Shown here: positions 8,797-18,315 of the stretch, piece after piece | Layout of the letters: the number at the start of each line of letters is the position of its first letter | Position numbering within the stretch: the first letter of the stretch is position 1 | From: Candidatus Dojkabacteria bacterium | Lineage (GTDB): Bacteria > Patescibacteriota > Dojkabacteria > J137 | DNA: 64,000 nt | Direction of reading: 5' to 3' | Assembly: GCA_041750555.1 (NCBI GenBank) | Contig: JBGSZB010000029.1 | Coordinates: forward strand, 672 to 64,671 | Made by a program: the position numbers and the translations under genes | The notes under the pieces: generated by a model | What the model was told of the DNA's origin: nothing | Databases searched by the model: none | What the model saw: the letters and a program-made list of their open reading frames with translations, nothing else

Positions 8797-9570
8797 TTAA
8801 GCTTCTATATATTTATCTCTTTTTGGTCTTTTACCCTGTTTTGTTAAAAGTGCAAATCCTATTACTACAAAAAACAAGCCGAGAGATAATGGGATTATTG
8901 GTTCTAACCCCGTTATAGCTGTATCTGGAAGAGAGGGCGTTACAGGTGTAGTAGGTGTTGTTGGGGTTGTAGGCGTTGTTGGATTAGTTGGCTCTTCAGG
9001 ATCAGGCTCTTCTGTTACAGCTTGTATCTGAACTGTTAGCTCATTAGGGCTATAATCCAACCCTGCTCCATTAGATCTAACTAACTGAGTACCCACTGAC
9101 CCCTGTACAACTTTAACATTTGCACTACCCACCACTTGGGATTGAAATTCTATCTCAGCAACCGCTCTATTTACTGAAAAACTACTTCCACTTGGGGTTG
9201 TTGCTAAAAGCGTAATTCTTCCAGTCTGTGTTGCAGTATTATCACTAACTGGATTATTTACTACAAAAACTGTATCTATAAATTTAATTTGTGTTCCAGT
9301 AGAGTTACTATCTTGATCAACTACACTTAATTTTGTTGAATCATACTCTATTACAAGTTTAAATTCATTTATTTGTTGTTCTCCTGTATTTATACTAACT
9401 GTTACTTTAAATTTACTTCCAACAGTTGATGAAGTACTACTGGAACTTAATAGTACAGTTGCAGCTTGTCCATTAGAAGTTCCTATATCAATACTCCCAA
9501 ATGTAGGTTGCGATAGAGCATCAAAATCTTGAGCTTTAACTACAGGAATTAAATTTAATAAGTTAGCCAT
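8797..9570 (-). CDS. Predicted cell-surface protein with a Pro/Thr-rich stalk and a C-terminal sortase-type sorting signal (LPDTA, then a hydrophobic segment, then a basic tail)
   Basis: C-terminus ...EEPDPEEPTNPTTPTTPTTPTTPVTPSLPDTAITGLEPIIPLSLGLFFVVIGFALLTKQGKRPKRDKYIEA*. The upstream half has Ig/cohesin-like alternating beta-strand composition. The LPDTA motif is encoded at 8917..8931. Confidence 0.6.
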   Translation of the reverse strand: MANLLNLIPVVKAQDFDALSQPTFGSIDIGTSNGQAATVLLSSSSTSSTVGSKFKVTVSINTGEQQINEFKLVIEYDSTKLSVVDQDSNSTGTQIKFIDTVFVVNNPVSDNTATQTGRITLLATTPSGSSFSVNRAVAEIEFQSQVVGSANVKVVQGSVGTQLVRSNGAGLDYSPNELTVQIQAVTEEPDPEEPTNPTTPTTPTTPTTPVTPSLPDTAITGLEPIIPLSLGLFFVVIGFALLTKQGKRPKRDKYIEA

Positions 9571-9676
9571 ATGTATATAATATTATGAATCACTAATCTT
9601 TGGAATAGTTTAAGAATTATTTGATATTTTAACAATCTCTTGTATATTAAATATATATTTTCTAAAAATTAATTAA

Positions 9677-10483
9677 ATGAAAGATAATCAACCTATAATT
9701 TCTATTATAATTGTTACCTGGAATAACTCTCAGGATATTAAAAGTTGTTTAGAGAGTGTTTTTAACCAAACTTACAAAAATTTTAATGTTGTATTGGTTG
9801 ATAATGCTTCAACTGATAATACTGTAGAAATTGTTAGAAGTAATTTTCAATCAGTAATAATTTTACAGAATAAAGCAAATCAATATTTAACAAGGGGAAA
9901 TAATAAAGGTATTAAGTTTTCAATTGATACATTTGACCCTAAATATATTATGGTTTTAAATCCAGATACCCTTCTTAGTAAAAATTTGCTATCTGAATTG
10001 GTTAATGTTTTAGAAAAAAATCCAGAAGTTGGAGCTAGTGGTCCAAAAGTAATATTTGAGAACGATAGAGATAAGGGTTTAATTAATTCTGCAGGATTAA
10101 TTTTTGATGGATTTATGCAAGCATATGATAGAGGTTTCTTAGAGAAAGATAAGGGGCAATACGATAAACAAGAATATGTTTTTGGGGTTACTGGGGCATG
10201 CATTCTTTATAGAGCTGATATGCTTAAAGATATAGGGCTTTATTGGGAACAAGTAAGACTTCATTTAGATGAGGTTGAGTTATTTATTAGAGCTAAGAAA
10301 CGTAATTGGAAAGTTATATACAATCCTAAAGCGATTCTTCAACATAAATATATGCAATCTACAGATCAGAATAAAGCATACAAGATTAATAACGCAAAAA
10401 AGAATGTGTGGTTAAAAATTGCTCTAAAGCATTATTCATTAAAAAGTAAATTAGCAATGATTAAAAAGTATTTGTTTAGTTAA
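9677..10483 (+). CDS. Glycosyltransferase family 2
   Basis: ISIIIVTWNNSQDIKSCLESVFNQTYKNFNVVLVDNASTDNT is a GT-A N-terminal signature with a DNA(S) motif. A later DxD-like element is also present. Confidence 0.85.
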   Translation: MKDNQPIISIIIVTWNNSQDIKSCLESVFNQTYKNFNVVLVDNASTDNTVEIVRSNFQSVIILQNKANQYLTRGNNKGIKFSIDTFDPKYIMVLNPDTLLSKNLLSELVNVLEKNPEVGASGPKVIFENDRDKGLINSAGLIFDGFMQAYDRGFLEKDKGQYDKQEYVFGVTGACILYRADMLKDIGLYWEQVRLHLDEVELFIRAKKRNWKVIYNPKAILQHKYMQSTDQNKAYKINNAKKNVWLKIALKHYSLKSKLAMIKKYLFS

Positions 10484-10491
10484 GTTTTTAA

Positions 10492-10899
10492 TTAGCTTTC
10501 TGCATTCAGCCTTTGATCTACAAATCTCCTAATAGTGTGAGTTTTATCATGAACACTAATAAAAGTAAGGATCTTTTCAATCTGAGACCTTCTTTCTGAC
10601 TGATACTCTCCTCTAATATACCCTTTTATATATGACTTAGAAGTACTTTTTACTAACATATCTCTAATCTCTTGCACTGCTCTTGAAAATAATTTATTAA
10701 GTTGTAAGTTTCGAGATTCCCCTTTTGGAAATCTTTCTGATATTGATGCCAATGCAGAGTATAATTCAAAAAACTTCAAGATACGATTATCATCATCATA
10801 TGAACCTTCTATTAAGTCATTAAGTACTTTCTCTGCAACCTCCAGATCACTTCCGTTTCCCATGATATCGAGAGTTTCAAAATCAACCTCATGATCCAT
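10492..10899 (-). CDS. Hypothetical protein
   Basis: 135-aa ORF with no recognisable motif. It is acidic at the N-terminus and basic at the C-terminus. Confidence 0.35.
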   Translation of the reverse strand: MDHEVDFETLDIMGNGSDLEVAEKVLNDLIEGSYDDDNRILKFFELYSALASISERFPKGESRNLQLNKLFSRAVQEIRDMLVKSTSKSYIKGYIRGEYQSERRSQIEKILTFISVHDKTHTIRRFVDQRLNAES

Positions 10900-10967
10900 A
10901 CAGACTATCTTAAATTTAATACAGGATTATATTACTGATGATTAAATAATATAAAGGTCCTATAATA

Positions 10968-11468
10968 TTAAATAACAATATTACCAATTAAAAGAACCCC
11001 TAAAGAGATTAATAGACCTAGAAGAAACCCCACAATTACATCACTTAAATAATGATAGCCTAGTACTACTCTACTAAACCCTAGAATTATTGAATAAATT
11101 AATATTAAAAATACTATTAAAGGATTAGTAATATAAAATAAACTTAATATAAAAAAATAACCAACACTAGTAGCGTGAGTTGATGGAAATGAATGCGAAG
11201 TTAACTTTGAATAGTATGGTCTCTTTCTTTTAATAAACTTTTTAATACCATTCTCAATAATTAAAAACATTAAAACTATACCTACAATACTTAAGATAAA
11301 TAGTTCTAATCTTTTTTCAGTAAATAACAATTCAATTAATATTAAAGGAATAACTCCATATCCTACAGTTAATAAATCTAATAGTTTATGAGTTGACTTA
11401 TTAAGCCTAAAGACATTAAATACCTTTTCTGATAAACTCCTATCTAGTAGTACTAATTGTTTATACAT
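10968..11468 (-). CDS. PAP2-family (type 2 phosphatidic acid phosphatase) polyprenyl-pyrophosphate/phospho-sugar phosphatase
   Basis: All three PAP2 motifs are present in order: KRKRPYY (KX6RP), FPSTHA (PSGH-like) and SRVVLGYHYLSDV (SRX5HX3D). The protein is polytopic. Confidence 0.8.
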   Translation of the reverse strand: MYKQLVLLDRSLSEKVFNVFRLNKSTHKLLDLLTVGYGVIPLILIELLFTEKRLELFILSIVGIVLMFLIIENGIKKFIKRKRPYYSKLTSHSFPSTHATSVGYFFILSLFYITNPLIVFLILIYSIILGFSRVVLGYHYLSDVIVGFLLGLLISLGVLLIGNIVI

Positions 11469-12346
11469 TGAATAAATTTAAAGATTACTTAACATTAATA
11501 AGAATACATCAGATTCCTAAAAATTTCTTTATATTTCTACCATTAATATTTACTTCTAAATTTTTAATATTAGATGATTTAGTTAAATCTATACTCTACT
11601 TTCTACTTTTTACAATTATTACCTGGAGTGTATATATTATTAATGATATTAAAGATATAGAGGAAGATAAACTTCATCCAATTAAAAAGTATAGACCTTT
11701 AGCTTCTAATAAAATATCAAAAAATGAATTATTAATTATAAGATCATTCTTATCATTTTTATTCTTACTAATATCCTTTATTTGGTTTATTTTTATTGGA
11801 ATTGATTTAAACTTTATACTTGCACTTATTGTTCTATCAACTTACTTCTTAATTAATATTTTATATTCATATTTCTTTAAAAGAATACCTTATATTGAAT
11901 TAACTATAGTTCCAATAGGTTTTATATTAAGAAGTTTAGGTGGAGCCTATATTATTAATGAATATTTATCTATAGATCTATTTTTATTAATACTATTTTT
12001 AACCTCTTTTATTATTTTATCTAAAAGATTTAGAGAAAAATTTGTTACTAAATCTAGTAGAAGTGTTTTAAAAGTTTATACTAATAATTTTCTAAATTAT
12101 GGATTAAAAATTACTTTAAGCTTATTTTTAATTACCTATACCCTATTTACTTTATTCAACACAAGACATAGTAGTTTAATAATAATTACTAATCCATTTG
12201 TTTACTTAATTTCCATACGATACTTAAATTTAATTACTAATTCAAATGATAAGCAAGATGATCCTTTTAAAATATTTATTAAAGATAAATTTAATTTATT
12301 CTTAATAATACTCTGGGGAATAATTGTTGTTATTGAAACCATCTAA
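11468..12346 (+). CDS. UbiA-family polyprenyl-phosphate prenyltransferase, resembling decaprenyl-phosphate phosphoribosyltransferase
   Basis: The exact NDxxDxxxD motif is present (YIINDIKDIEEDKLHP, about 11641..11667), followed by KKYRPLASNKIS (compare the RPLASG of the UbiA family). The protein has about 8 TM helices. It contains no internal Met at all, so it must start at a non-ATG codon. The TTG at 11468 shares a base with the divergent PAP2 start codon. Confidence 0.7.
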   Translation: MNKFKDYLTLIRIHQIPKNFFIFLPLIFTSKFLILDDLVKSILYFLLFTIITWSVYIINDIKDIEEDKLHPIKKYRPLASNKISKNELLIIRSFLSFLFLLISFIWFIFIGIDLNFILALIVLSTYFLINILYSYFFKRIPYIELTIVPIGFILRSLGGAYIINEYLSIDLFLLILFLTSFIILSKRFREKFVTKSSRSVLKVYTNNFLNYGLKITLSLFLITYTLFTLFNTRHSSLIIITNPFVYLISIRYLNLITNSNDKQDDPFKIFIKDKFNLFLIILWGIIVVIETI

Positions 12347-13866
12347 TGCAGTATCTAAAGGAGAAAATAAAATTAAATAAAGCTTTATATCTAGTTTTAC
12401 TTGTTGTGATTTCTCTCTCTTTAATCACTATTCTATTAAATAATCCAAAAAGTTTTGGTGATGGGAGCGAATACACTTTATTGCTTGAAAGCTTATACAA
12501 TCACCAAAGCCCTGAATTGAGATTAGAAGATATTAATAGCACATACACAAATGCACTTAAATACAATTATGACGTTAATCTTTTTACACAAGAGAATGCA
12601 TATAGTGGGTACTTTACATCTGGTGATGGTTTAAACTACTCCTATCATTTCTGGGGATATTCCTTAGTATCCTTGCCAGTTAGGGGCTTTTTAGAAGTTT
12701 TTAATTTAAATATATTTAATACTTTTGCAATAACAAACTTATTACTCTTTAGTATTACTTCGTTTTTAATTCCTTTACTCATAAAGAGAAATAAAATAAT
12801 ATCTTTTTTAATACTTACTCTTAATACATCAATTCTTTACATTAACCTTAATCATCCTGAGTTCTTTACCTATTCATTAGTATTACTCTCTTCTCTTCTT
12901 TTTTTAAGAAATAAATACTTTTTAGCAATATTATTAAGTTCTCTAGCATCTCTTCAAAACACACCTGTAATATTTTTAACGTTATTAATATTAATTTATT
13001 CAACATATATTTATTTTAAAGAAACAGGGTTTAGATTAGTTTTAATAAAAAGACTATTACCCATATTTTTAATTTCCCTAATATCAGTCATTCCCTTTAT
13101 TTTTTACTATATAAACTTTCAAACTTTTAATTTAATACAAAAGGTTGGAGGGTCCGATTTAAATTTAATTTCTTTAAAAAGAGTAATTGAACTGTTTTTT
13201 GACCCTAACTTAGGATTATTTTTTTATGTTCCACTATCTGTAATTGGTATAGTTACTTCAATTTATTATTTCATTAAAAAAAGATCTTTAAAGATACTAA
13301 TCTTAATCTTAAGTGTTGTATTAATGAGTATTCTTTCTACTTCAACAACTAACTGGAATCATGGAATGATAACCTCTTCTAGATACGCTATATGGGCAAT
13401 ACTACCAATAGGTAACTTGCTTCTTATTGAGATAGTAAATCGGGAAAACATAATAATAAATTTGAAAGATTTTATTAAATTAGAGGGGTTGAAAACTCTA
13501 TTTAAGTTTAAATACTTAATAACTATTGCAATCTATTTATTACTAATCTATCAATTATTAATAGTAGTAATAGCAGGAGGTTTAATTTCAAACGGAAGAT
13601 TGGGGGGAAGCGGATTAACTCCTTTCTCTCAAGTAATATTAAATTACTTTCCATCTCTCTACTCTCCTACACAGCAAATATTTGAAGGTAGAGTTTTATG
13701 TAATGAAAAATTGTGTGATTATCCAATAATATATAAATACAATAATGATTGTAAGAAGATATTATTAAAGAATACTAGTGATAATGTTTCTAAAGTTATT
13801 AATGAATGTGGAGAAAATTTTAATATAGATCACTGTGATTCTACTTTTTGTTATTATAGTTATTAA
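12346..13866 (+). CDS. Polytopic membrane protein, putative GT-C-fold glycosyltransferase, with a Cys-rich extracytoplasmic C-terminus
   Basis: 506 aa and at least 10 TM helices. An acidic first loop is present (FGDGSEYTLLLESL...ELRLEDINS). The C-terminal 60 aa contain 7 Cys (CNEKLCDYP...DCKK...ECGENFNIDHCDSTFC). Its start overlaps the UbiA stop (taATG). Confidence 0.4.
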   Translation: MQYLKEKIKLNKALYLVLLVVISLSLITILLNNPKSFGDGSEYTLLLESLYNHQSPELRLEDINSTYTNALKYNYDVNLFTQENAYSGYFTSGDGLNYSYHFWGYSLVSLPVRGFLEVFNLNIFNTFAITNLLLFSITSFLIPLLIKRNKIISFLILTLNTSILYINLNHPEFFTYSLVLLSSLLFLRNKYFLAILLSSLASLQNTPVIFLTLLILIYSTYIYFKETGFRLVLIKRLLPIFLISLISVIPFIFYYINFQTFNLIQKVGGSDLNLISLKRVIELFFDPNLGLFFYVPLSVIGIVTSIYYFIKKRSLKILILILSVVLMSILSTSTTNWNHGMITSSRYAIWAILPIGNLLLIEIVNRENIIINLKDFIKLEGLKTLFKFKYLITIAIYLLLIYQLLIVVIAGGLISNGRLGGSGLTPFSQVILNYFPSLYSPTQQIFEGRVLCNEKLCDYPIIYKYNNDCKKILLKNTSDNVSKVINECGENFNIDHCDSTFCYYSY

Positions 13867-13869
13867 GAT

Positions 13870-14847
13870 ATGGAGAAATTTAAAAAAACTGCAATTATAA
13901 TTGTAAGCTATAAAACACCTTGGTATTTAAACCAATGTTTAAAAAGTATATATAAACATACTTCTAACTTTCATATATATATTTCTCAAAATACTAAAGA
14001 CTTAGCTTCCATTAATGTTATTAACAAATATATTAGTAAATATCCAAATACCCTAACTTTAAAAATTAATGATAAAAATTTAGGATATGTTGGAGGAGTT
14101 AATAGTCTGTACACAGAAACTATACAACATGAGAGAATATGCTTTCTAAATAGTGATTGTATAGTAACCCCTAATTGGTTAACTGAAATGAATAAAGTTT
14201 TAGATTTAGATAATAATGTTGTACAAGTAGCTCCTGACTCTAATCAATTTTATACTGAAAAACTTTTTTGGAGATTAATTAGATGGCAAATTATGAAAAG
14301 ATTTCCAATATTAGGGGCTAGAATATATAAATATATGTTGTTTTTTAATCCACCTAGACATAGTGGTAATAAAGACTTTAGTGATACAGGCGATAAATTT
14401 TATCTATTCTGTGGTGGATTTTGTAATTTAATTAGAAGTAAATACTTTAAAGATTTAGGTTATTTATTAGATCCTAACATTGTTCATGGATATGGAGACG
14501 ATTTTGACCTAAGTTACTATTTAAGGCAATTTGGTAAGATTGGGGCTACATATCATAGTTATGTATTCCATTTTGTTAATGCTTCTTTAAACAAATTAAA
14601 TTCTAGAGAACAATTAAAACAAAAAGTGAGTCAATTAAATAGACTGTATATTGTTTCTAAATGGGAAAACAGATTAAAAGATGATATGAATAAAGTAAAT
14701 CAAGATGAACTACTCTCTCTCTCTAACTCTCAAGAAATTGATATTATTCTTAAATACTTTGGAATAATTAACATTGATCCTAAATTTAGAGAATATATTA
14801 AATCTATTCCTGCAAAAGAATACGAGAATCAATTATTAAATAATTAG
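13870..14847 (+). CDS. Glycosyltransferase family 2
   Basis: AIIIVSYKTPWYLNQCLKSI is a GT-A N-terminal motif. Acidic residues follow at the expected DxD position (NSDC). Confidence 0.6.
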   Translation: MEKFKKTAIIIVSYKTPWYLNQCLKSIYKHTSNFHIYISQNTKDLASINVINKYISKYPNTLTLKINDKNLGYVGGVNSLYTETIQHERICFLNSDCIVTPNWLTEMNKVLDLDNNVVQVAPDSNQFYTEKLFWRLIRWQIMKRFPILGARIYKYMLFFNPPRHSGNKDFSDTGDKFYLFCGGFCNLIRSKYFKDLGYLLDPNIVHGYGDDFDLSYYLRQFGKIGATYHSYVFHFVNASLNKLNSREQLKQKVSQLNRLYIVSKWENRLKDDMNKVNQDELLSLSNSQEIDIILKYFGIINIDPKFREYIKSIPAKEYENQLLNN

Positions 14848-14925
14848 CTTAAAGTTAATTTAAGTGTATATAATATCCCTAAGAAATAATATTTCTTAAA
14901 CGTCTTTTATTTATTATTTAATTAA

Positions 14926-16002
14926 ATGAAAATAATAATATTTGCTGGAGGTACAGGTAAAAGATTTTGGCCTGCTAGTAGAAAGAGTTCTCCTAAACAG
15001 TTTTTACCAATAATAAATAATAGTCCATTAATTAAAATTAAATACGAGTATTTAAGATTAGGCTTTAAACCCGAAGATATATTTGTAAGTACTGGAATTC
15101 AATACAAAAAAGAAGTAACTACAATTTTAAATGAATTACCAGAACAAAACTTTATATTTGAACCAGAGATGAGAGATACCGGTCCTGCAGTAACCCTTGC
15201 AATATCATATGTTTCAAAAAGATTTCCAACGGAAGTTATCTCAACTCAATGGTCAGATCATTTAATAAAAAAACCTAAAGTATTTATTAAAGCATTGAGG
15301 GAATCTGAAAAATATATTTTAAATAATAGGGCTAAATATATTTTAATTGGAGTTCCTGCTAGATTCCCCTCACCTCATAGGGGATATATTAAATTTGGTA
15401 ATGAAATAGAAAAGATTAATAAAGATATTAGTTTAAAAAAGTTTATAGCTTTTAAAGAAAAACCAGATTTAGAGTTAGCCAAAGTTTATATTAAATCTAA
15501 AAACTACGCTTGGAATCCAGGTTACTGGAGTATGAAGGGAGTTGATTATTTAAATATTGTAAAGAAGAGCTCTCCTGAAATTTACAATGTTTGCCAGGAA
15601 ATAGTTAATAGTGAATTTAATATTAATAGTTTAAATAAGTTTAAAACTTTAGAAAAGATAGCCGCTGATTATATCTTTGCAGAAAACTTAAAAGTTAAGG
15701 ATACCCTAGTTACTTTAAGTGATATGGGTTGGAGTGATGTTGGGGAATGGATAGCTTTTAAAGAAGCATTTGAAAGTAGTAATAATTCAAATGTAAGTAT
15801 TGGTAATAGCTTTGACTATGAATCACATGATACTCTAATTTATAATCAAGAAAATGAAAAGTTAATAGCCACAATTGGATTAAAAGGCTTTGTGGTTGTT
15901 AATACTAAAGATGTACTAGCAATATTTCACAAAGATGATAATACTAAAATTAAAGAGTTTTTAAATAAATTAGAGGAGAATGATTTAAGTAAATATCTAT
16001 AA
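14926..16002 (+). CDS. manC: Mannose-1-phosphate guanylyltransferase (GDP-mannose pyrophosphorylase), nucleotidyltransferase domain only
   Basis: MKIIIFAGGTGKRFWPASRKSSPKQFLPI matches the ManC/CpsB N-terminal signature (GGxGxRLWPxSR..PKQF). No phosphomannose isomerase domain is present. Confidence 0.8.
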   Translation: MKIIIFAGGTGKRFWPASRKSSPKQFLPIINNSPLIKIKYEYLRLGFKPEDIFVSTGIQYKKEVTTILNELPEQNFIFEPEMRDTGPAVTLAISYVSKRFPTEVISTQWSDHLIKKPKVFIKALRESEKYILNNRAKYILIGVPARFPSPHRGYIKFGNEIEKINKDISLKKFIAFKEKPDLELAKVYIKSKNYAWNPGYWSMKGVDYLNIVKKSSPEIYNVCQEIVNSEFNINSLNKFKTLEKIAADYIFAENLKVKDTLVTLSDMGWSDVGEWIAFKEAFESSNNSNVSIGNSFDYESHDTLIYNQENEKLIATIGLKGFVVVNTKDVLAIFHKDDNTKIKEFLNKLEENDLSKYL

Positions 16003-16060
16003 TTCAATAGTTACTTAATGTATTTATTTACTCATATAATTACTTTACTGCTATACTGAA

Positions 16061-16516
16061 TTGATAAAAGTGAGAAATAAATATATGGTCAGAAAAACAT
16101 TAAATACACAGGTTTTTAGATTTTTAGTTGTAGGATTTAGTGCTTTTTTAATAGATTATGGAACTCTTTTTATTTTAATTGAAGTTTTTAAATTTAATTT
16201 AGAACTATTTAACTTTATATTAGTTGCTAATATCATCTCTACTGTTATAGCTGTACTATTTGGTTTCTATTTTCAAAAGAAATGGACATTTAAAACTATT
16301 AACTCTGAAAAGGCTAAGATGGAGTTTGTGTTGTTTATTGCCCTACAAGTATTTAACATCTTATTTTACAATGCTTTATTATTTAATATTTTTAGATACA
16401 ACTTATCTCTTGATGCATTAATTGCTAAACCTTTAGTTGTTGTATTTCAAACCATAACAAGTTATATGGCTATGAAGTTTATTATCTTTAAAACAGATAC
16501 AAAAGTAAGTAATTAA
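16061..16516 (+). CDS. GtrA-family small membrane protein, a putative polyprenyl-phosphate-sugar flippase component
   Basis: 151 aa with four TM helices. FRFLVVGFSAFLIDYGTLFILIEVF is typical of the GtrA family. Confidence 0.75.
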   Translation: MIKVRNKYMVRKTLNTQVFRFLVVGFSAFLIDYGTLFILIEVFKFNLELFNFILVANIISTVIAVLFGFYFQKKWTFKTINSEKAKMEFVLFIALQVFNILFYNALLFNIFRYNLSLDALIAKPLVVVFQTITSYMAMKFIIFKTDTKVSN

Positions 16517-16560
16517 TTACTATTTAATATATAAATTAAAGCTTATATTTTTTTATAACT

Positions 16561-17304
16561 ATGAAAAATACCCTTTTATCAATTGTAATACCTGCATACA
16601 ATGAGGAAAAAACTTTAGAAGAATTAGTTAATAGAGTTCTTAAAGTTAAATTCCCTGAAGATATAGATACTGAAATAATTATTGTTAATGATGGTTCTCA
16701 AGATAATACAGGTAAGATTGCTAAATCATTAGATAAGAAACATAAAAATATTAAAGCTTTTGATAATGCAGAAAATTCTGGTAAATCACAAACTGTTAGG
16801 AATGGATTATTAAAAACAAAAGGAGATATTGTAGTTATTCAAGATGCTGATTTTGAATATGATCCTAATGAATTAGTAGATTTATTAAATTTAATGAGGG
16901 AAAACAATTTGGAAGTTGTATATGGGAATAGGTTTGGGAAAAAGAATAAGGTTATATATTGGCAAAACTATATTGGAAATAAATTTTTATCTCTCGTTTC
17001 AAATGTTTTTACATACCCAAGAATTGGAGTATGGTTACCTGATATGGAAGTTTGCTATAAAATGATTAAAGGAGATATTGCTAGAAAGCTAGGCGAAGAA
17101 ATAGTATCTACTACCATGTTTGGTTTAGAACCTGAAATTACCGCTAAACTATCCCAATATACAATAGAAAAAAGAAGGTTAAAGTTTGGAGTTGTACCAA
17201 TTAGTTATCTACCTCGTAGTATAAAAGAAGGCAAAAAGATGAAAGCTTTTAATGATGGGTTTAAAGCTATAGTTGAGATTATTAAATTTAATTTACTAAA
17301 CTAG
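16561..17304 (+). CDS. GT2 polyprenyl-phosphate sugar synthase (Dpm1/GtrB-like)
   Basis: LSIVIPAYNEEKTLEELVNRV... IIIVNDGSQDNT ... VIQDADFEYDP is the DPM1/GtrB-type motif set (DGS, DAD). Confidence 0.8.
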   Translation: MKNTLLSIVIPAYNEEKTLEELVNRVLKVKFPEDIDTEIIIVNDGSQDNTGKIAKSLDKKHKNIKAFDNAENSGKSQTVRNGLLKTKGDIVVIQDADFEYDPNELVDLLNLMRENNLEVVYGNRFGKKNKVIYWQNYIGNKFLSLVSNVFTYPRIGVWLPDMEVCYKMIKGDIARKLGEEIVSTTMFGLEPEITAKLSQYTIEKRRLKFGVVPISYLPRSIKEGKKMKAFNDGFKAIVEIIKFNLLN

Positions 17305-17307
17305 TAT

Positions 17308-18252
17308 TTATTTATATTGAATTGCCTTTAACCTTTCAATTGTATCCTCTACTAACTTTCTATTAACTGATATTAATTCTGCAAGTATTCCTAAAGATAC
17401 TAATTGAACACCAACGACCAAAGATATTGCTCCCAATGTTACTGATTGTATATATCCATCTCCTTGCCCTATCAGAAAGAAATAAAAGAATCTTCCAAGT
17501 GTTATTGCTGCAAATAAAAAGAAAATTGATGAAATATATAAAAAAGTCTTAAAGGGTTCATAAATTGCAAACATTCTCAGTATATTGAAACCTGATTTTT
17601 TAAGTTTACTAAATAAGCTTTTGATTAATCTTGATTCCCTTGTTTTAGCATTAACATTGATTGGTAACCATACTATATCTAAACCTTTTTTGCTTGCTTG
17701 AATAACAGTATCGACAGTATATGTATAATTCGTTACTACATTAATTTTTATCATGGCTACCCTAGAGTAAGCTCTGAAACCACTTACTGCGTCTCTAACT
17801 TCAGATCCTGCAGCCATTTGGGTTAAACCACTTCCTAACTTTTGAAGCATTTTTTTAATAAATGAAAACTCTTTTATACTTGAAGTTTTTCTATCTCCAA
17901 TAACTATTTCTGCCCTTCCTTCAAGAATAGGTTTAATTAAATCAGGAATTCGCTCTGATGGATATTGATTGTCACCATCAGTATTAACTAGAATATCTGC
18001 CCCATTTTTAAGAGCATTATCTAATCCCAATTTAAAAGCTCTTCCTAACCATCTTCTATTCTTACCGTTATATCTTACTATATGTTTTACACCAAGTTTC
18101 TTTGCAACTTCAATTGTTTTATCAGTTGAGCCATCATCAATAATTTGGTATTCAATTACATCTACACCTTCTATCTTTTTAGGCATTTTTTTAAAAACCA
18201 TTGGTAATGTCTCCTCTTCGTTAAAACAGGGGATTTGTATTATGAGTTTCAT
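17308..18252 (-). CDS. GT2 polyprenyl-phosphate glycosyltransferase with a C-terminal two-helix membrane anchor (ArnC/DPG-synthase-like)
   Basis: MKLIIQIPCFNEEETLPMVFKK...IIDDGSTDKT...NTDGDNQYP forms the GT2 core. The C-terminus YISSIFFLFAAITLG...LGAISLVVGVQLVSLGILAELI forms two TM helices, as in ArnC/GtrB. Confidence 0.8.
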   Translation of the reverse strand: MKLIIQIPCFNEEETLPMVFKKMPKKIEGVDVIEYQIIDDGSTDKTIEVAKKLGVKHIVRYNGKNRRWLGRAFKLGLDNALKNGADILVNTDGDNQYPSERIPDLIKPILEGRAEIVIGDRKTSSIKEFSFIKKMLQKLGSGLTQMAAGSEVRDAVSGFRAYSRVAMIKINVVTNYTYTVDTVIQASKKGLDIVWLPINVNAKTRESRLIKSLFSKLKKSGFNILRMFAIYEPFKTFLYISSIFFLFAAITLGRFFYFFLIGQGDGYIQSVTLGAISLVVGVQLVSLGILAELISVNRKLVEDTIERLKAIQYK

Positions 18253-18315
18253 TTTTATTGTATAAATATTATTATTTGGGTATTATAGCAACATATTTAA
18301 TGTTAATAAATTTAT

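Noticed and set aside
11468-12346. UbiA-family gene interpreted as quinone (MenA/UbiA) or heme O (CyoE) biosynthesis
   Set aside because: No other quinone or heme genes are nearby. The gene is embedded between a PAP2 phosphatase and glycosyltransferases, a context typical of lipid-linked sugar donor synthesis. Only a phylogeny can settle this, so it is kept as a hypothesis in the findings.
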